Shown: positions 1 to 10,064, counted from the first letter of the stretch. The stretch is 52,625 nt of DNA from an uncultured cyanobacterium (GCA_963807635.1 CAWEDJ010000055.1:1-52625); one strand, 5' to 3'. Numbers and translations: made by a program. The notes: generated by a model not told the origin, from the letters alone.

Positions 1-140
1 CTAGTGGGCGTATTCAACCACACCCTGACCTTTTGTTTGAGTGTCGCTTCAAAAGCCGCACCACAGGTAAGACCCACAAATAATCCCACAAAAATCAAAA
101 AATAAGGCGGCTCAGGGAAACAATACACAACTAAAGCCAT
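1..140 (-). CDS. Hypothetical membrane protein, partial (runs off window)
   Basis: Hand translation from ATG at 140: MALVVYCFPEPPYFLIFVGLFVGLTCGAAFEATLKQKV..., open to the window edge, with a hydrophobic segment. Confidence 0.6.
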   Translation of the reverse strand, partial: MALVVYCFPEPPYFLIFVGLFVGLTCGAAFEATLKQKVRVWLNTPT

Positions 141-266
141 TGATATGACGGAGATCATGCCGATGATATCAAATGCTTTGCCCCTAGCGTTGAGTTAATT
201 TTGCCGACAATCGCTGTTGCTCGTTAGACTGGTTTTGTCCTCGTAAAATCTTGTTAGCATAAAACT

Positions 267-1037
267 ATGAGCTTGAATCGTTATCCCCAGGGCATCAATG
301 TTTTGATTGTGGGGGCTTCGGGGGGAATTGGTCTAGCTTTTACTCGACAGTTGTTGGCAGAGGATAAGGTGGAGCGAGTGTTTGCCACCCATCGAGAATC
401 CAGTTCAATGACAGATTTAAGGGGACTAAAGCAGGAATATCCCGAAAAATTAGCACTTTTATCCCTAAATATTACCCAAGAAGCTCAGGTTTCTGCGATC
501 GCGAAGAAAATCGGTGAACAGGTGAAACGCCTCCATTTAGTGATTAATTGCGTGGGGATTTTGCATGACGGAGATTTTCAACCCGAAAAAAGTTTACGAC
601 AAATTCAGCCTGAAAATTTATTGAGATATTTTGAAATTAATAGTATTGGGGCAATTTTATTGGTTAAACATCTTATTCCTTTGTTAAAACACCCAGAAAG
701 AAGTATTTTGGCGACCATATCCTCAAAAATTGGCAGTATTGGGATAATCAGATCGGGGGAGGGTATGGTTATCGATCTTCAAAAGCGGCTCTAAATATGT
801 TTTTACGGACGGCGGCGATCGAATATAAACCGCACGTCTCCCCAGACCATTATGGTGATGCTCCATCCTGGGACGACAGATACCCAATTGTCTAAACCCT
901 TTCAGCGTAATGTTCCCCCTGAAAAATTGTTTGACCGCGATCGCACGGTCACGCAATTATTAGAAGTGTTAGACCAACTCACAGAAAAAGATAGCGGGAA
1001 ATTTTTCTCATGGGATGGTAGTCGGTTGCCTTGGTAA
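267..1037 (+). CDS. SDR family oxidoreductase (CsgA/C-factor-like), frameshifted near 740-830
   Basis: Rossmann GASGGIG motif, PEKSL, and C-terminal LHPGTTDT...SGKFFSWDG split across ORFs 267..794 and 852..1037; catalytic YRSSK lies in an intermediate frame. Confidence 0.85.
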
Positions 1038-1058
1038 ATGAATGTTAAAAAGGATTAA

Positions 1059-1093
1059 AAAAAGTTGGCTAATTTTCCATAGGGCCAACTTTT
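1059..1093. terminator. Probable bidirectional intrinsic terminator
   Basis: AAAAAGTTGGC...GCCAACTTTT inverted repeat between convergent genes. Confidence 0.45.
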
Positions 1094-1164
1094 GACAAAA
1101 AATAACTTTTTTAAAATTTTATAAAAATATCGTAACAATTATCTCAATTCAATAGAATTCTGTT

Positions 1165-1355
1165 TTAGTAAGAAATGTTGCTTAGATGAGCAATGCAGTT
1201 TCCCATCAAAAAGTAAACCACAAGATGGCCCGCTGCCGCCGCCACCAAAATCCCGCTAACATCAGGGAAAACTCCTGATCTTCCACTGCTTGTTGCATGA
1301 GATGGAGAGACCAAGCCACCAGAGCTACATCAAAAATGAGAATCGGAACTAACAT
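1165..1355 (-). CDS. Small cyanobacterial membrane protein (apparent frameshift)
   Basis: Hand translation MLVPILIFDVALVAWSLHLMQQAVEDQEFSLMLAG...MGNCIAHLSNISY; needs one frame change; not in the ORF track. Confidence 0.6.
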
Positions 1356-1450
1356 ATATTAAAAATTGTTAACTTTAATTCTATTTTAATACAACTTATG
1401 AACAATGCAAGGAAGACGAGCAGAGCTTAAGCTTTTCTTTGTATTGGATC

Positions 1451-2220
1451 TTAGGTTGGTCTGATGGGGACTTGGTTTTGCTGGAGGTAGGTTTTAACTT
1501 CCGCAATGCTTAACTGACCAAAATGCAACAAAGAGGCCAACAGGGCCGCTTCGGCTTTACCTTCTGTGAGAGCTTGATAAATATGTTCACAATTGCCTGC
1601 ACCACCAGAAGCAATGACGGGAATTTCTACTTGATCGGCGATCGCCTGGTTAGGGGTAAATCATAGCCCGCCTGGGTTCCGTCCGCATCCATACTGGTGA
1701 CCAGTAGTTCTCCTGCTCCCCGTTGCGCGAGTTCCCTCGCCCAGGCGATCGCATCAATGCCCGTATTTTCCCGACCGCCTCGTACATACACATCCCAGCC
1801 TGAATTTTGCGGATCATTCCGTTTTCTGGCATCGATCGCCACCACAATGCAGGAAGACCCAAAGCGATCGCTGGCTTGATTAATCAAATCAGGATTACGA
1901 ACGGCGGCAGAATTAATACTGACCTTATCGGCTCCTGCCCGTAACAAATTTTTAATATTTTCTAAGGATTGAATGCCACCGCCAACCGTCAGGGGAATAA
2001 AAACTTCTTCAGCCGTGCGATAAACCACATCAATCATGGTGTCCCGTCCTTCGTGGGTGGCAGTAATATCGAGAAACACCAACTCATCCGCCCCCGCCTC
2101 GTTATAAATCCGCGCTAATTCCACAGGATCGCCCGCATCCTTGAGATCGACAAAATTCACCCCTTTCACGACTCGGCCAGCATTCACATCCAAACAAGGC
2201 AAAATTCTTTTGGCTAACAT
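1451..2220 (-). CDS. hisF: Imidazole glycerol phosphate synthase cyclase subunit (frameshift ~1640)
   Basis: [31 protein letters not shown]-terminal [10 protein letters not shown]...LLASLLHFG continues in another frame to a stop at 1451. Confidence 0.95.
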
Positions 2221-2356
2221 AACAAGTTTTTTAAACGTTGGTCAATTTAAACGTAGGATTACAGCAATTTCTCTCAAATTTATCCACGAAAAGCGTGTTA
2301 AATTCAGATTGAATATAACATTAAATCGCCCGCTCCCTAAATCCTTCAATCTCTCA

Positions 2357-3780
2357 ATGACAGATAACTCTCCCAATCCTTTTTTATCTCTTCCCTACGA
2401 ACCAGCCTTAGAAAATTTAGGGAATGATTACTTTGATGCCGTCACTGCCGCCGACTTTCCCCAGCAAATCCTCCGCTTCCGTAATGATGCTTTATTACCT
2501 AAACTTAATTTAGAAAGCCAAGCGGTAACAAATGAGCATTTTATCGAGGCTTTTGGTAAATTTGAGAGCGTGACTCCCCTGTTGGCTCTTCGCTATCATG
2601 GCTATCAATTTGGAGAATATAACCCCTATTTGGGCGATGGTAGGGGTTTTTTATATGGTCAGGTGAGGGGAACTGATGGACAACTCTACGATTTTGGCAC
2701 CAAAGGATCGGGAAGAACGCCCTATTCTCGTAGTGCCGATGGAAGGTTAACGTTAAAAGGTGGTGTGAGAGAAGTTTTAGCCGCAGAAGCGTTGCATTCA
2801 TTAGGGGTAAACACTTCTCGTTGTTTGAGTTTAATTGAAACAGGGGAAGGACTCTGGCGCGGGGATGAACCGTCTCCTACGCGATCGTCGGTGATGATTC
2901 GGTTTAGCCGATCGCATATTCGGTTTGGAACTTTTGAACGGTTGTACTATATCAAACGCCCTGATCTGATTGAAAAATTATTAGATCATGTGATTGAGGT
3001 TTATTATCCCGAAGTGACGGGTCAGAATCCAGAGCGTTATCTTCGGTTTTATCGAGAATTGGTTAGGCGTGTCGCTCAATTGGCGGCTCAATGGATGGCG
3101 GCAGGCTTTTGTCATGGGGTTTTGAATACGGATAATATGTCGATTACGGGGAAAGTTTTGATTATGGCCCCTATGCGTTTATTCCTACCTATAATCCTGG
3201 TTTTACGGCGGCCTATTTCGACTATGGCGGACGATATTGCTATGCCAATCAACCGTTGATTTGTCGTCTGAATTTGGAATTATTGCAAGTTCCCCTAAGT
3301 ATGATTATTCCTGCCTCAGAATTAGATTCAGTATTAGCTAATTTTGAAGAAGATTATCAGAGTTATTATCAAATTTTGATGTTGCAAAAGTTAGGATTAT
3401 CGACCGCAGAGATTCCTAATGACCAAGATTTGCTCCAAAAAACGATTGAATTATTACAGGAAAGTCAGGTTGGTTATCATCAATTTTTTACGGAATTAAC
3501 GGAGAATTTTAATCTAGGCTGGCGAGAAGATCCGACTAAAATTTTAGAAAATACGGATTTAGGAAAGGCAGATTGGACTAGTTGGAAAGTTCTTTATCAT
3601 TTAGTTTTAATGTCTTTGCCAAAAGATGAGTTTATTCAAGTCGGCGATCGCCTAAAAAGTGCTAATCCTAAAACGGCTCTGTTACGTCCTTTGATTGAAG
3701 AGGTTTGGGATGCGATCGCGGATAATGATGATTGGCGATCGTTTGAAGAGTTAGTGCAACGTTTACAAACTAAAAATTAA
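2357..3780 (+). CDS. selO: Protein adenylyltransferase SelO/YdiU (frameshift ~3150)
   Basis: [41 protein letters not shown] motifs; C-terminal part in ORF 3256..3780. Confidence 0.9.
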
Positions 3781-3879
3781 TGCAGGACGTTTTTTTGCAG
3801 TTAATAAGTCGGAGTTCGGAAAGAGAACTAAAACTGTGTCACCTCTTTTAGGAGTTAGGTTTAATCGTGTCATAGTCAT
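3763..3879 (-). pseudogene. PemK/MazF-family toxin, N-terminal fragment
   Basis: [35 protein letters not shown] matches the RGDxVLVxFP...KxRPAL start of PemK/MazF toxins; truncated where it meets selO. Confidence 0.7.
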
Positions 3880-3887
3880 CATAAATA

Positions 3888-5537
3888 GAGCTTGCTGAAA
3901 AAAGCTGAAAGCCTTATAAGAAAAGAGATGAGGGGATTTAGAGAGCAAAAAAAGTGCAAAAAAAAGGTCTAAAATGAGTGAAAAGGCTTGCACCCCTCCC
4001 CTTCCAGAGCATTGAACGATGTACCCCAAAAAAGAATCCGAAAAATCGACTGTTGAAAACTTCAAAATACCAAGTGAGTGGAAGCCAAAAGAAGAAAATC
4101 GTTGGGTAATCATGTCAAAAATAATTCCGTGGGAGGAATTTGAAGAAGAATATGCAAAACAATTTTCAGAAAATAAAGGAGCGACAGCCAAACCATTTAG
4201 GATGGCATTAGGGTCATTAATAATAAAAGAAATATTGAGAATAAGTGACCGAGAAACAGTAGAACAAATAAAAGAAAACCCTTACTTACAATATTTTATA
4301 GGACTAGAAGTATATGAAAATGAGGAGGCATTTGATGCGTCACTGTTAGTACATTTCCGTCAAAGAATAGGAATGGACTTGGTGAATCAAATAAATAAAG
4401 CAATGGTAAAAAAAGAAGAAGAAATATTATCAGAAGTAAAAGAAAAAAGTGAAGGGGAAAATCAGAATAGAGGAAAGCTATTAATAGATGCAACCTGTGC
4501 ACCAGCAGACATCAAATATCCAACAGATATAGGAATCTTGAATGAGGCAAGAGAAAAAACCGAAAAAATAATAGACAACTTGTATAAAAAAACTAAAAAA
4601 AAAGGAAAAAAACCAAGAACCTATAGAATAAGAGCCAGAAAAGATTACTTAAAATTGTCAAAAAAACGCCGTCCGTCGAGAAAAGAAAGGAGAAAGGGCA
4701 TAAAAAAACAAATCCAATATATCAAAAGAAACCTTTCCCATATAGAAAAATTAAGAGAAGATAAAGAGGTCGCAAAATTAAGTAAAAAAGACGAAAAGAT
4801 ACTGTCGATAATACAAAAAGCCTATGAGCAACAAGTAGGAATGTATGAAAATAAAGAAAATAAGGTAGAAAATAGAATTGTGAGTTTGACTCAACCTCAT
4901 GTTCGTCCCATTGTTAGAGGAAAAGCGGGAACGCCAGTAGAGTTTGGTGCAAAACTATCAGCAAGTTATGTGAATGGATATCTTTATTTATACCGATTAA
5001 GTTGGGATAATTATAATGAATCAGGCGACTTCAAAGGACAAATAGAAGAGTTTAAACGTGAGACAGGCTACTATCCCCAGTCTGTTCATGCTGATGCAAT
5101 CTATCGCACAAGGGAAAATCGCGCTTTTTGTAAGGAGAAGGGAATTCGATTGAGTGGCCCACCCTTGGGAAGACGACCCACAAATATTAGTCCAGAAAAA
5201 AAGAAAGAAGCTCTTCAAGATGAAAGAGACCGTAATGCTATTGAAGGCAAATTTGGTCAAGCAAAGAGACGATTTAGCCTCAATCGAGTTATGACAAAAC
5301 TTCCTGATACCTCTGAAACCGCTATTGCTATCACCTTTTTAGTCATCAATCTTTTTGCCCTGCTTCGGCAGGTTTTACGTTTTTTTTGTCTTTTTCGGAA
5401 GAAGAGCTTATTTTTCTGCCCTCTTATTAGCCCAGCTTATGCTTTGTGTTGACAATTCATTTAACCCTTATGTTTTACTCGCCTTAAATTCATAAATTAA
5501 TCCCCTCTTCCTGTTTTTTGACTTTTTCAGCAAGCCC
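3888..5537 (+). mobile_element. IS5-family insertion sequence, apparently complete
   Basis: Terminal inverted repeats GAGCTTGCTGAAAAAAG (3888) and CTTTTTCAGCAAGCCC (to 5537); flanking TAAATA duplication at 3882-3887 and 5538-5543. Confidence 0.9.
4019..5452 (+). CDS. IS5-family DDE transposase
   Basis: ENPYLQYFIG, IDATCAPADI, IVRGKAGTPVEFGAK, ADAIY, RNAIEGKFGQAKRRF motifs. Confidence 0.92.
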   Translation: MYPKKESEKSTVENFKIPSEWKPKEENRWVIMSKIIPWEEFEEEYAKQFSENKGATAKPFRMALGSLIIKEILRISDRETVEQIKENPYLQYFIGLEVYENEEAFDASLLVHFRQRIGMDLVNQINKAMVKKEEEILSEVKEKSEGENQNRGKLLIDATCAPADIKYPTDIGILNEAREKTEKIIDNLYKKTKKKGKKPRTYRIRARKDYLKLSKKRRPSRKERRKGIKKQIQYIKRNLSHIEKLREDKEVAKLSKKDEKILSIIQKAYEQQVGMYENKENKVENRIVSLTQPHVRPIVRGKAGTPVEFGAKLSASYVNGYLYLYRLSWDNYNESGDFKGQIEEFKRETGYYPQSVHADAIYRTRENRAFCKEKGIRLSGPPLGRRPTNISPEKKKEALQDERDRNAIEGKFGQAKRRFSLNRVMTKLPDTSETAIAITFLVINLFALLRQVLRFFCLFRKKSLFFCPLISPAYALC

Positions 5538-5552
5538 TAAATACTTATTTTT

Positions 5553-5768
5553 TTACTTTACCAATAAATCCTGAATTTTATTTTGATTATCTTTGGTAAT
5601 AGTTATTAAAAAGCGGAGGGCTTGATTAACGGATTCTGCACTGGTAAAAATTTCGGCAACGTCCTCATCTAATTTAATAATTGTATCACCAAAGTTTTGG
5701 CGATTGGCTCCCATTTTTCTGACTTTTAATGTTTTTAAGTCGTATTCACTTCTAAGTTCATCTTCCAT
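5553..5768 (-). CDS. BrnA-like antitoxin
   Basis: MEDELRSEYDL...IKLDEDVAEIF...SVNQALR; lies directly downstream of a BrnT-like gene. Confidence 0.7.
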   Translation of the reverse strand: MEDELRSEYDLKTLKVRKMGANRQNFGDTIIKLDEDVAEIFTSAESVNQALRFLITITKDNQNKIQDLLVK

Positions 5769-5772
5769 GATT

Positions 5773-6045
5773 TTAACCTTCTTGATAAGCTTTAAGTTCT
5801 TGTTTTGTAACCTGTCTAGCACTGATAATCCTAATTATATTTCCTCTTTCGGTATAGGAAATTAATAAGATATTACCCACTGATGACGATTCCTATTATA
5901 ATATAACGATTTTCGTTTTCTGAGTGATCGGGGTCATAAAAGTCAACATAGAGAGGGTCATCAAAAACGGTTTGAGATTCCTCAAAGGGAATACCATGCT
6001 TTCACAGTTAGATCGTGCTTTTTGTTGATCCCATTCAAATTTCAT
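5773..6045 (-). pseudogene. BrnT-family toxin with several frameshifts
   Basis: MKFEWDQQKARSN..KHGIPFEESQTVFDDP..DPDHSENENRYIIIG..ISYTER..IRIISAR pieced together across frames. Confidence 0.8.
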
Positions 6046-6140
6046 AGATGGCAAAACTATCAATTTATTTTTAGTCGACATTGTAGCAGGTCGCCGATTA
6101 ATTGATAGTGATTAATTTGAAATGATCGCAATTCCATTTT

Positions 6141-6214
6141 GTAGGGATTTAACACTGTTAAATTCTTTGTTTTTGTAAGTTAAGTAAAAGGACTTAATGG
6201 TATTAAGTCCCTAC
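6141..6214. repeat. GTAG-type REP doublet (REPIN-like)
   Basis: GTAGGGATTTAACACTGTTAAATTCTT (6141-6167) and inverted AAGGACTTAATGGTATTAAGTCCCTAC (6188-6214); related singleton at 36350-36375. Confidence 0.7.
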
Positions 6215-6265
6215 AGATCGCGGATTAATTGATAGTGATTGATAATTGTCAATTGGGTTTGGGGG

Positions 6266-9200
6266 TTATTTTTTGAGATACCAGATCAGGAAAGTTAAGG
6301 CTAGGCCAGCGACGAAACAGACAAAAAAATTGGTTTTAAATTTTTGAAAGAAACGAATAGATAGAGAGATTAAAAAAACAATTCCATTAATAATATCCAT
6401 CAGCCAACCAAGCTTCTCTATTGACTGAATTAAAGCATCAGCCCAGTCTTCACCCTGAGCCTCTAATTGTCTTAAGCCACGTTTACTAAATTCTGGAATT
6501 GGAGTCGCATCAACAGGAAGTTTAAGTGATTGCCAAATTTGTACCGCCAAAACTTGATATTGTCGCACTTGGCGAATTTTTCCACTTTTTTGATAAAGAA
6601 CGCTAATATTCCATAAAGATTTTGCTTCTCCATTGCGATCACCAATCTCACGTTGAATCACTAAGGATTGCTGATGAAAATTGAGAGCCTCTTGGTACCT
6701 TCCTAACGAATTATACACATTTACCAGACCGTTTAAAGAATTTGCTTCTCCTTGGCGATCACCGATCTCACGTTTAATCTCTAAGGATTGCTGATAAAAA
6801 TTGAGAGCTTCTTGGTACTGCCCTAACGAATCATTCACAATCCCCAGATTACATAAAGAACTTGCTTCTCCATTACGATCGCCGATCTCACTTTGAATTG
6901 CTAAGGATTGCCGATAAAAATTGAGAGCTTCTTGGTACTTTCCTAACGAATAATAAACATTCCCCAGACCGTGTAAAGAATTTGCTTCTCCTTGGCGATC
7001 GCCGATCTCACATTGAATCGCTAAGGATTGCTGATAAAAATTGAGAACCTTTTCATGCTGTCCTAATGAAGAAAAAACACTTCCCAAGTTGTTTAAAGAA
7101 CGGGCTTCTCCATTGCGCTCGCCGATCTCATGGAAAGTCTTTAAGGACTCTTGATAAAAATTGAGAGCCTCTTGGTACTGTCCTAATAATCTATGCACAA
7201 CCCCCAGATTCATTAAAGAATTTGCTTCTCCTTGGCAATCGCCGATCACCCGTTGAATCTCTAAGGATTGCTGATAAAAATTGAGAGCTTCTTGGTACTG
7301 CCCTAACGAACAATAAACATTCCCCAGACCGTGTAAAGAACTTGCTTCTCCTTGAATACTGCCGATCTGACGTTGAATCTCTAAGGATTGCTGATAAAAA
7401 TTGAGAGCTTCTTGGTACTGCCCTAATAATCTATGCACAACCCCCAGATTTCCTAAAGAATTAGCTTCTCCATTGCGATCGCCGATCTGACGTTGAATCG
7501 CTAATGATTGCTGATAAAAATTGAGAGCCTCTTGGTACTTTCCTAACGAATAATACACATTCCCAAGACCATTTAAAGAACTTGCTTCTCCATCGCGATC
7601 GCCGATCTCAAGTTCAATCTCTAAAGATTGCTGATGAAAATTGAGAGCTTCTTGGTACTTTCCTAACGAATTATACAAACACCCCAGATTTCCTAAAGAA
7701 TTAGCTTCTCCTTTAATATCGCCGATCTCACGTTTAATCTCTAAAGATTGCTGATAAAAATTGAGAGCCTCTTGGTACTTTCCTAACAAATTATACACAT
7801 TCCCCAGATTCATTAAAGCTTTTGCTTCTTCGTTGCGATTGCTGATCTCGCGTTGAATCTCTAAAGATTGCTGATAAAGATTGAGAGCCTCTTCGTATTT
7901 TCCTAACGAAATATACACATTCCCCAGATTGCCTAAAGAAGCTGCTTCTCCTTGAATATCACTGATCTCACGTTGAATCTCTAAGGATTGCTGATGAAAA
8001 TTGAGAGCCTCTTGGTACTGTCCCAACGAATCATACACATTCCCCAGATTGTTACAAACATCTCCATAGTTTTGTCGTTCTTCGGTCGTGGGTTGCCAAT
8101 CTCGATGAAGTTGGCCATAAAGATTAGCTAAGGTTGGGTAATGCCCCCGCCTTGTAAAAAAATTGTGGCAGATCAATACCGTACTAAGAGCATCTCGATA
8201 ACGCCCTAATTGACACTGGTGATAAAAAGTTTCCTCGTACTCCGCAAATGCCGATAAAGGTGTGTCATTGGCAAATTCTATCTGAAGATGCTTCCAAAAA
8301 TAAATCATGGCTTGCTCATGGGCTGTCGTTAAATCCGCCGTTCGTGCTTTCACAAATTCCCGCAAACGGGGCTGAAACCGAAACTCCCCTGGACTCAGAT
8401 ATTGCAAAATAGACCGCCGCTCTAAATCCTCCAAAATCTCCATCGTCACCACTGCATCAGGTAACAACGCCTGGGCAAGCTCCAGCCCAAACGCCCCGCG
8501 CAACACCGACAACTGCGCCAATAACAAACGTTGCGTCTCCGTTAGACGGTCTAAACTCCACTGCAAAACCTGCTCAACCGTTAACTTTTCGCCACGATGG
8601 GAACCCACCAACTGCTGCCAACCTTCCAAAGACTGCAAAAAACGCTCACCTGGCCGAAAAGACACCCGCAACCAACCTGCTATCAACGACAACGCCAAGG
8701 GATTGCCCTGTACCTGCTCCGATGCCCGTTCCCGATTTTCCTGACTATCCTCCACTTCCAACGCCGCCAATAACGCCGCACCTTCAATATTCGTTAAACC
8801 TTGATCGAGCAGTTGCCAACGCGATCGCAGAAAACCCGTATAACGGGAAGGATATTCCCGACTCGCCAACAACAGCACACTTTCACTGCCAATATCCTGA
8901 AAACCCTGCCAAAACTGCTCATAACCACTCAGCCAGGCTCCCTCTGGGGTTAACACCGACTCCAAATTATCAATGGCCAACAAATAACGCCCCTGCTGAA
9001 GTAACCGCAATAAACGGGGAATGAGGTCTTTTTCCTCCATTTTTTCCACCTGTTCAGGCAAAACCCCAAATTCCTGTAAAGCCCTCGCCGCCAACACCGT
9101 CATCGAAGTCTGCGATCGCACATCTGCCCAAAATTTGCCCCTAAAATCGGGAGAATCGGCAAAGACCTGGGCCATCAACGTTGACTTCCCGATGCCGCCT

Positions 9201-9415
9201 TCCCCCCGCAATCCAATCAGAGAAACATTACGATCAGCCATCCAAGCGCGTAATTCCGTCTGTTGCTCCGTCCTACCCTGGAAAAAACGGCGATCGGGTA
9301 AAGGATCACTGTAAATCAGAGAAGTTTGTTGACCATTAATCGTGATGTTATTGGTCTGACCATAGACAGGAGCTTGGTTCAAGACCCCAATTTTTTCGGC
9401 TAATGGTTCGGTCAT
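6266..9415 (-). CDS. NLR-like STAND protein: N-terminal short motif + NB-ARC NTPase + ~12-13 TPR repeats + C-terminal hydrophobic helices
   Basis: FQGRTEQ, Walker A GEGGIGKS, Walker B LLAIDNLE, GNPLAL; 40-aa TPR repeats; likely start is MTEPLAEK at 9415 because the upstream extension is REP-derived. Confidence 0.9.
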   Translation of the reverse strand: MTEPLAEKIGVLNQAPVYGQTNNITINGQQTSLIYSDPLPDRRFFQGRTEQQTELRAWMADRNVSLIGLRGEGGIGKSTLMAQVFADSPDFRGKFWADVRSQTSMTVLAARALQEFGVLPEQVEKMEEKDLIPRLLRLLQQGRYLLAIDNLESVLTPEGAWLSGYEQFWQGFQDIGSESVLLLASREYPSRYTGFLRSRWQLLDQGLTNIEGAALLAALEVEDSQENRERASEQVQGNPLALSLIAGWLRVSFRPGERFLQSLEGWQQLVGSHRGEKLTVEQVLQWSLDRLTETQRLLLAQLSVLRGAFGLELAQALLPDAVVTMEILEDLERRSILQYLSPGEFRFQPRLREFVKARTADLTTAHEQAMIYFWKHLQIEFANDTPLSAFAEYEETFYHQCQLGRYRDALSTVLICHNFFTRRGHYPTLANLYGQLHRDWQPTTEERQNYGDVCNNLGNVYDSLGQYQEALNFHQQSLEIQREISDIQGEAASLGNLGNVYISLGKYEEALNLYQQSLEIQREISNRNEEAKALMNLGNVYNLLGKYQEALNFYQQSLEIKREIGDIKGEANSLGNLGCLYNSLGKYQEALNFHQQSLEIELEIGDRDGEASSLNGLGNVYYSLGKYQEALNFYQQSLAIQRQIGDRNGEANSLGNLGVVHRLLGQYQEALNFYQQSLEIQRQIGSIQGEASSLHGLGNVYCSLGQYQEALNFYQQSLEIQRVIGDCQGEANSLMNLGVVHRLLGQYQEALNFYQESLKTFHEIGERNGEARSLNNLGSVFSSLGQHEKVLNFYQQSLAIQCEIGDRQGEANSLHGLGNVYYSLGKYQEALNFYRQSLAIQSEIGDRNGEASSLCNLGIVNDSLGQYQEALNFYQQSLEIKREIGDRQGEANSLNGLVNVYNSLGRYQEALNFHQQSLVIQREIGDRNGEAKSLWNISVLYQKSGKIRQVRQYQVLAVQIWQSLKLPVDATPIPEFSKRGLRQLEAQGEDWADALIQSIEKLGWLMDIINGIVFLISLSIRFFQKFKTNFFVCFVAGLALTFLIWYLKK
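6590..8075 (-). repeat. Tandem 120-bp repeats encoding TPR units
   Basis: Sequence recurs every 120 nt (e.g. CTAAGGATTGCTGATAAAAATTGAGAGC) at high nucleotide identity, about 12 copies. Confidence 0.95.
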
Positions 9416-9443
9416 TCGTTTACCCAAATTCCGTTTAAATTCC

Positions 9444-9557
9444 GTAGGGGTTTGGTTTCCAAATCCATAAACCATAATGATTACAGACCAAATCCAAAAA
9501 TTCTATAGGGGGTTTTCCAAATCCAGAAACAATAGGACTTGGAGACCAAGCCCCTAC
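9444..9557. repeat. Second GTAG-type REP family, inverted pair
   Basis: GTAGGGGTTTGGTTTCCAAATCC (9444-9466) and GGACTTGGAGACCAAGCCCCTAC (9535-9557); further copies at 14902-14924, 15051-15073 and 43414-43436. Confidence 0.75.
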
Positions 9558-9961
9558 GACAGATTAATGGTGTTAGTTTGATCAATAATCGTTCCTTGAT
9601 TAACCACACCAATTTTTTCAGCTAATTTCGTCATGTTAACCACTGCCCCAGGTTGAGCTTGTACCGCCGTCTGGATTGCCTCGGTTAATTTTCGCAATTC
9701 CTTGTCATTATGTACCAAATTTTCAATTTTTTCAATCAAAGCTTGTTGACCGTAAACAGTTGGTTGCTGTTGGGCTAGTTCAGGTTGTTTGGCCACAACG
9801 GCGATCGCTTCAGCCGTTTTCGGGTCTTTTCGTTGCAAATGGGCTAAAAATTTCTCGACGGAGTTCCAAACGCTTTCTGTGAGTTTTTCCCCCGTTTTCT
9901 CAAAGGCTTTGGTGGCAATTAAAACAGCGATCGCACTGGCGGTTAAAGTTACAGGTTCCAT
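9554..9961 (-). CDS. Small helical Bell/HeLo-like effector with a C-terminal candidate amyloid signalling motif
   Basis: Hydrophobic N-terminal helix MEPVTLTASAIAVLIATKAFEKTGEKL; C-terminal LAEKIGVVNQGTIIDQTNTINLS is homologous to the NLR N-terminus. Confidence 0.75.
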   Translation of the reverse strand: MEPVTLTASAIAVLIATKAFEKTGEKLTESVWNSVEKFLAHLQRKDPKTAEAIAVVAKQPELAQQQPTVYGQQALIEKIENLVHNDKELRKLTEAIQTAVQAQPGAVVNMTKLAEKIGVVNQGTIIDQTNTINLS

Positions 9962-10064
9962 TGTTAGTCAATTCTCGATCTATTTTTCTCTATCATAAAC
10001 ACTTTCAGTACAAACAAAGGCGATCGCATTTTATCTTCACTTGTTAATTGAATTGAGGATTTTT

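Noticed and set aside
2141..2356. N-terminal extension of SelO overlapping hisF
   Set aside because: Antisense overlap with hisF; the conserved protein plausibly begins at ATG 2357.
3763..4191. 142-aa minus-strand ORF as a real gene
   Set aside because: Chimeric: antisense of the IS5 left end read into the pemK fragment.
6590..8075. CRISPR-like periodic repeats
   Set aside because: The whole 120-bp unit is conserved and in-frame coding (TPR); there are no unique spacers and no cas genes.
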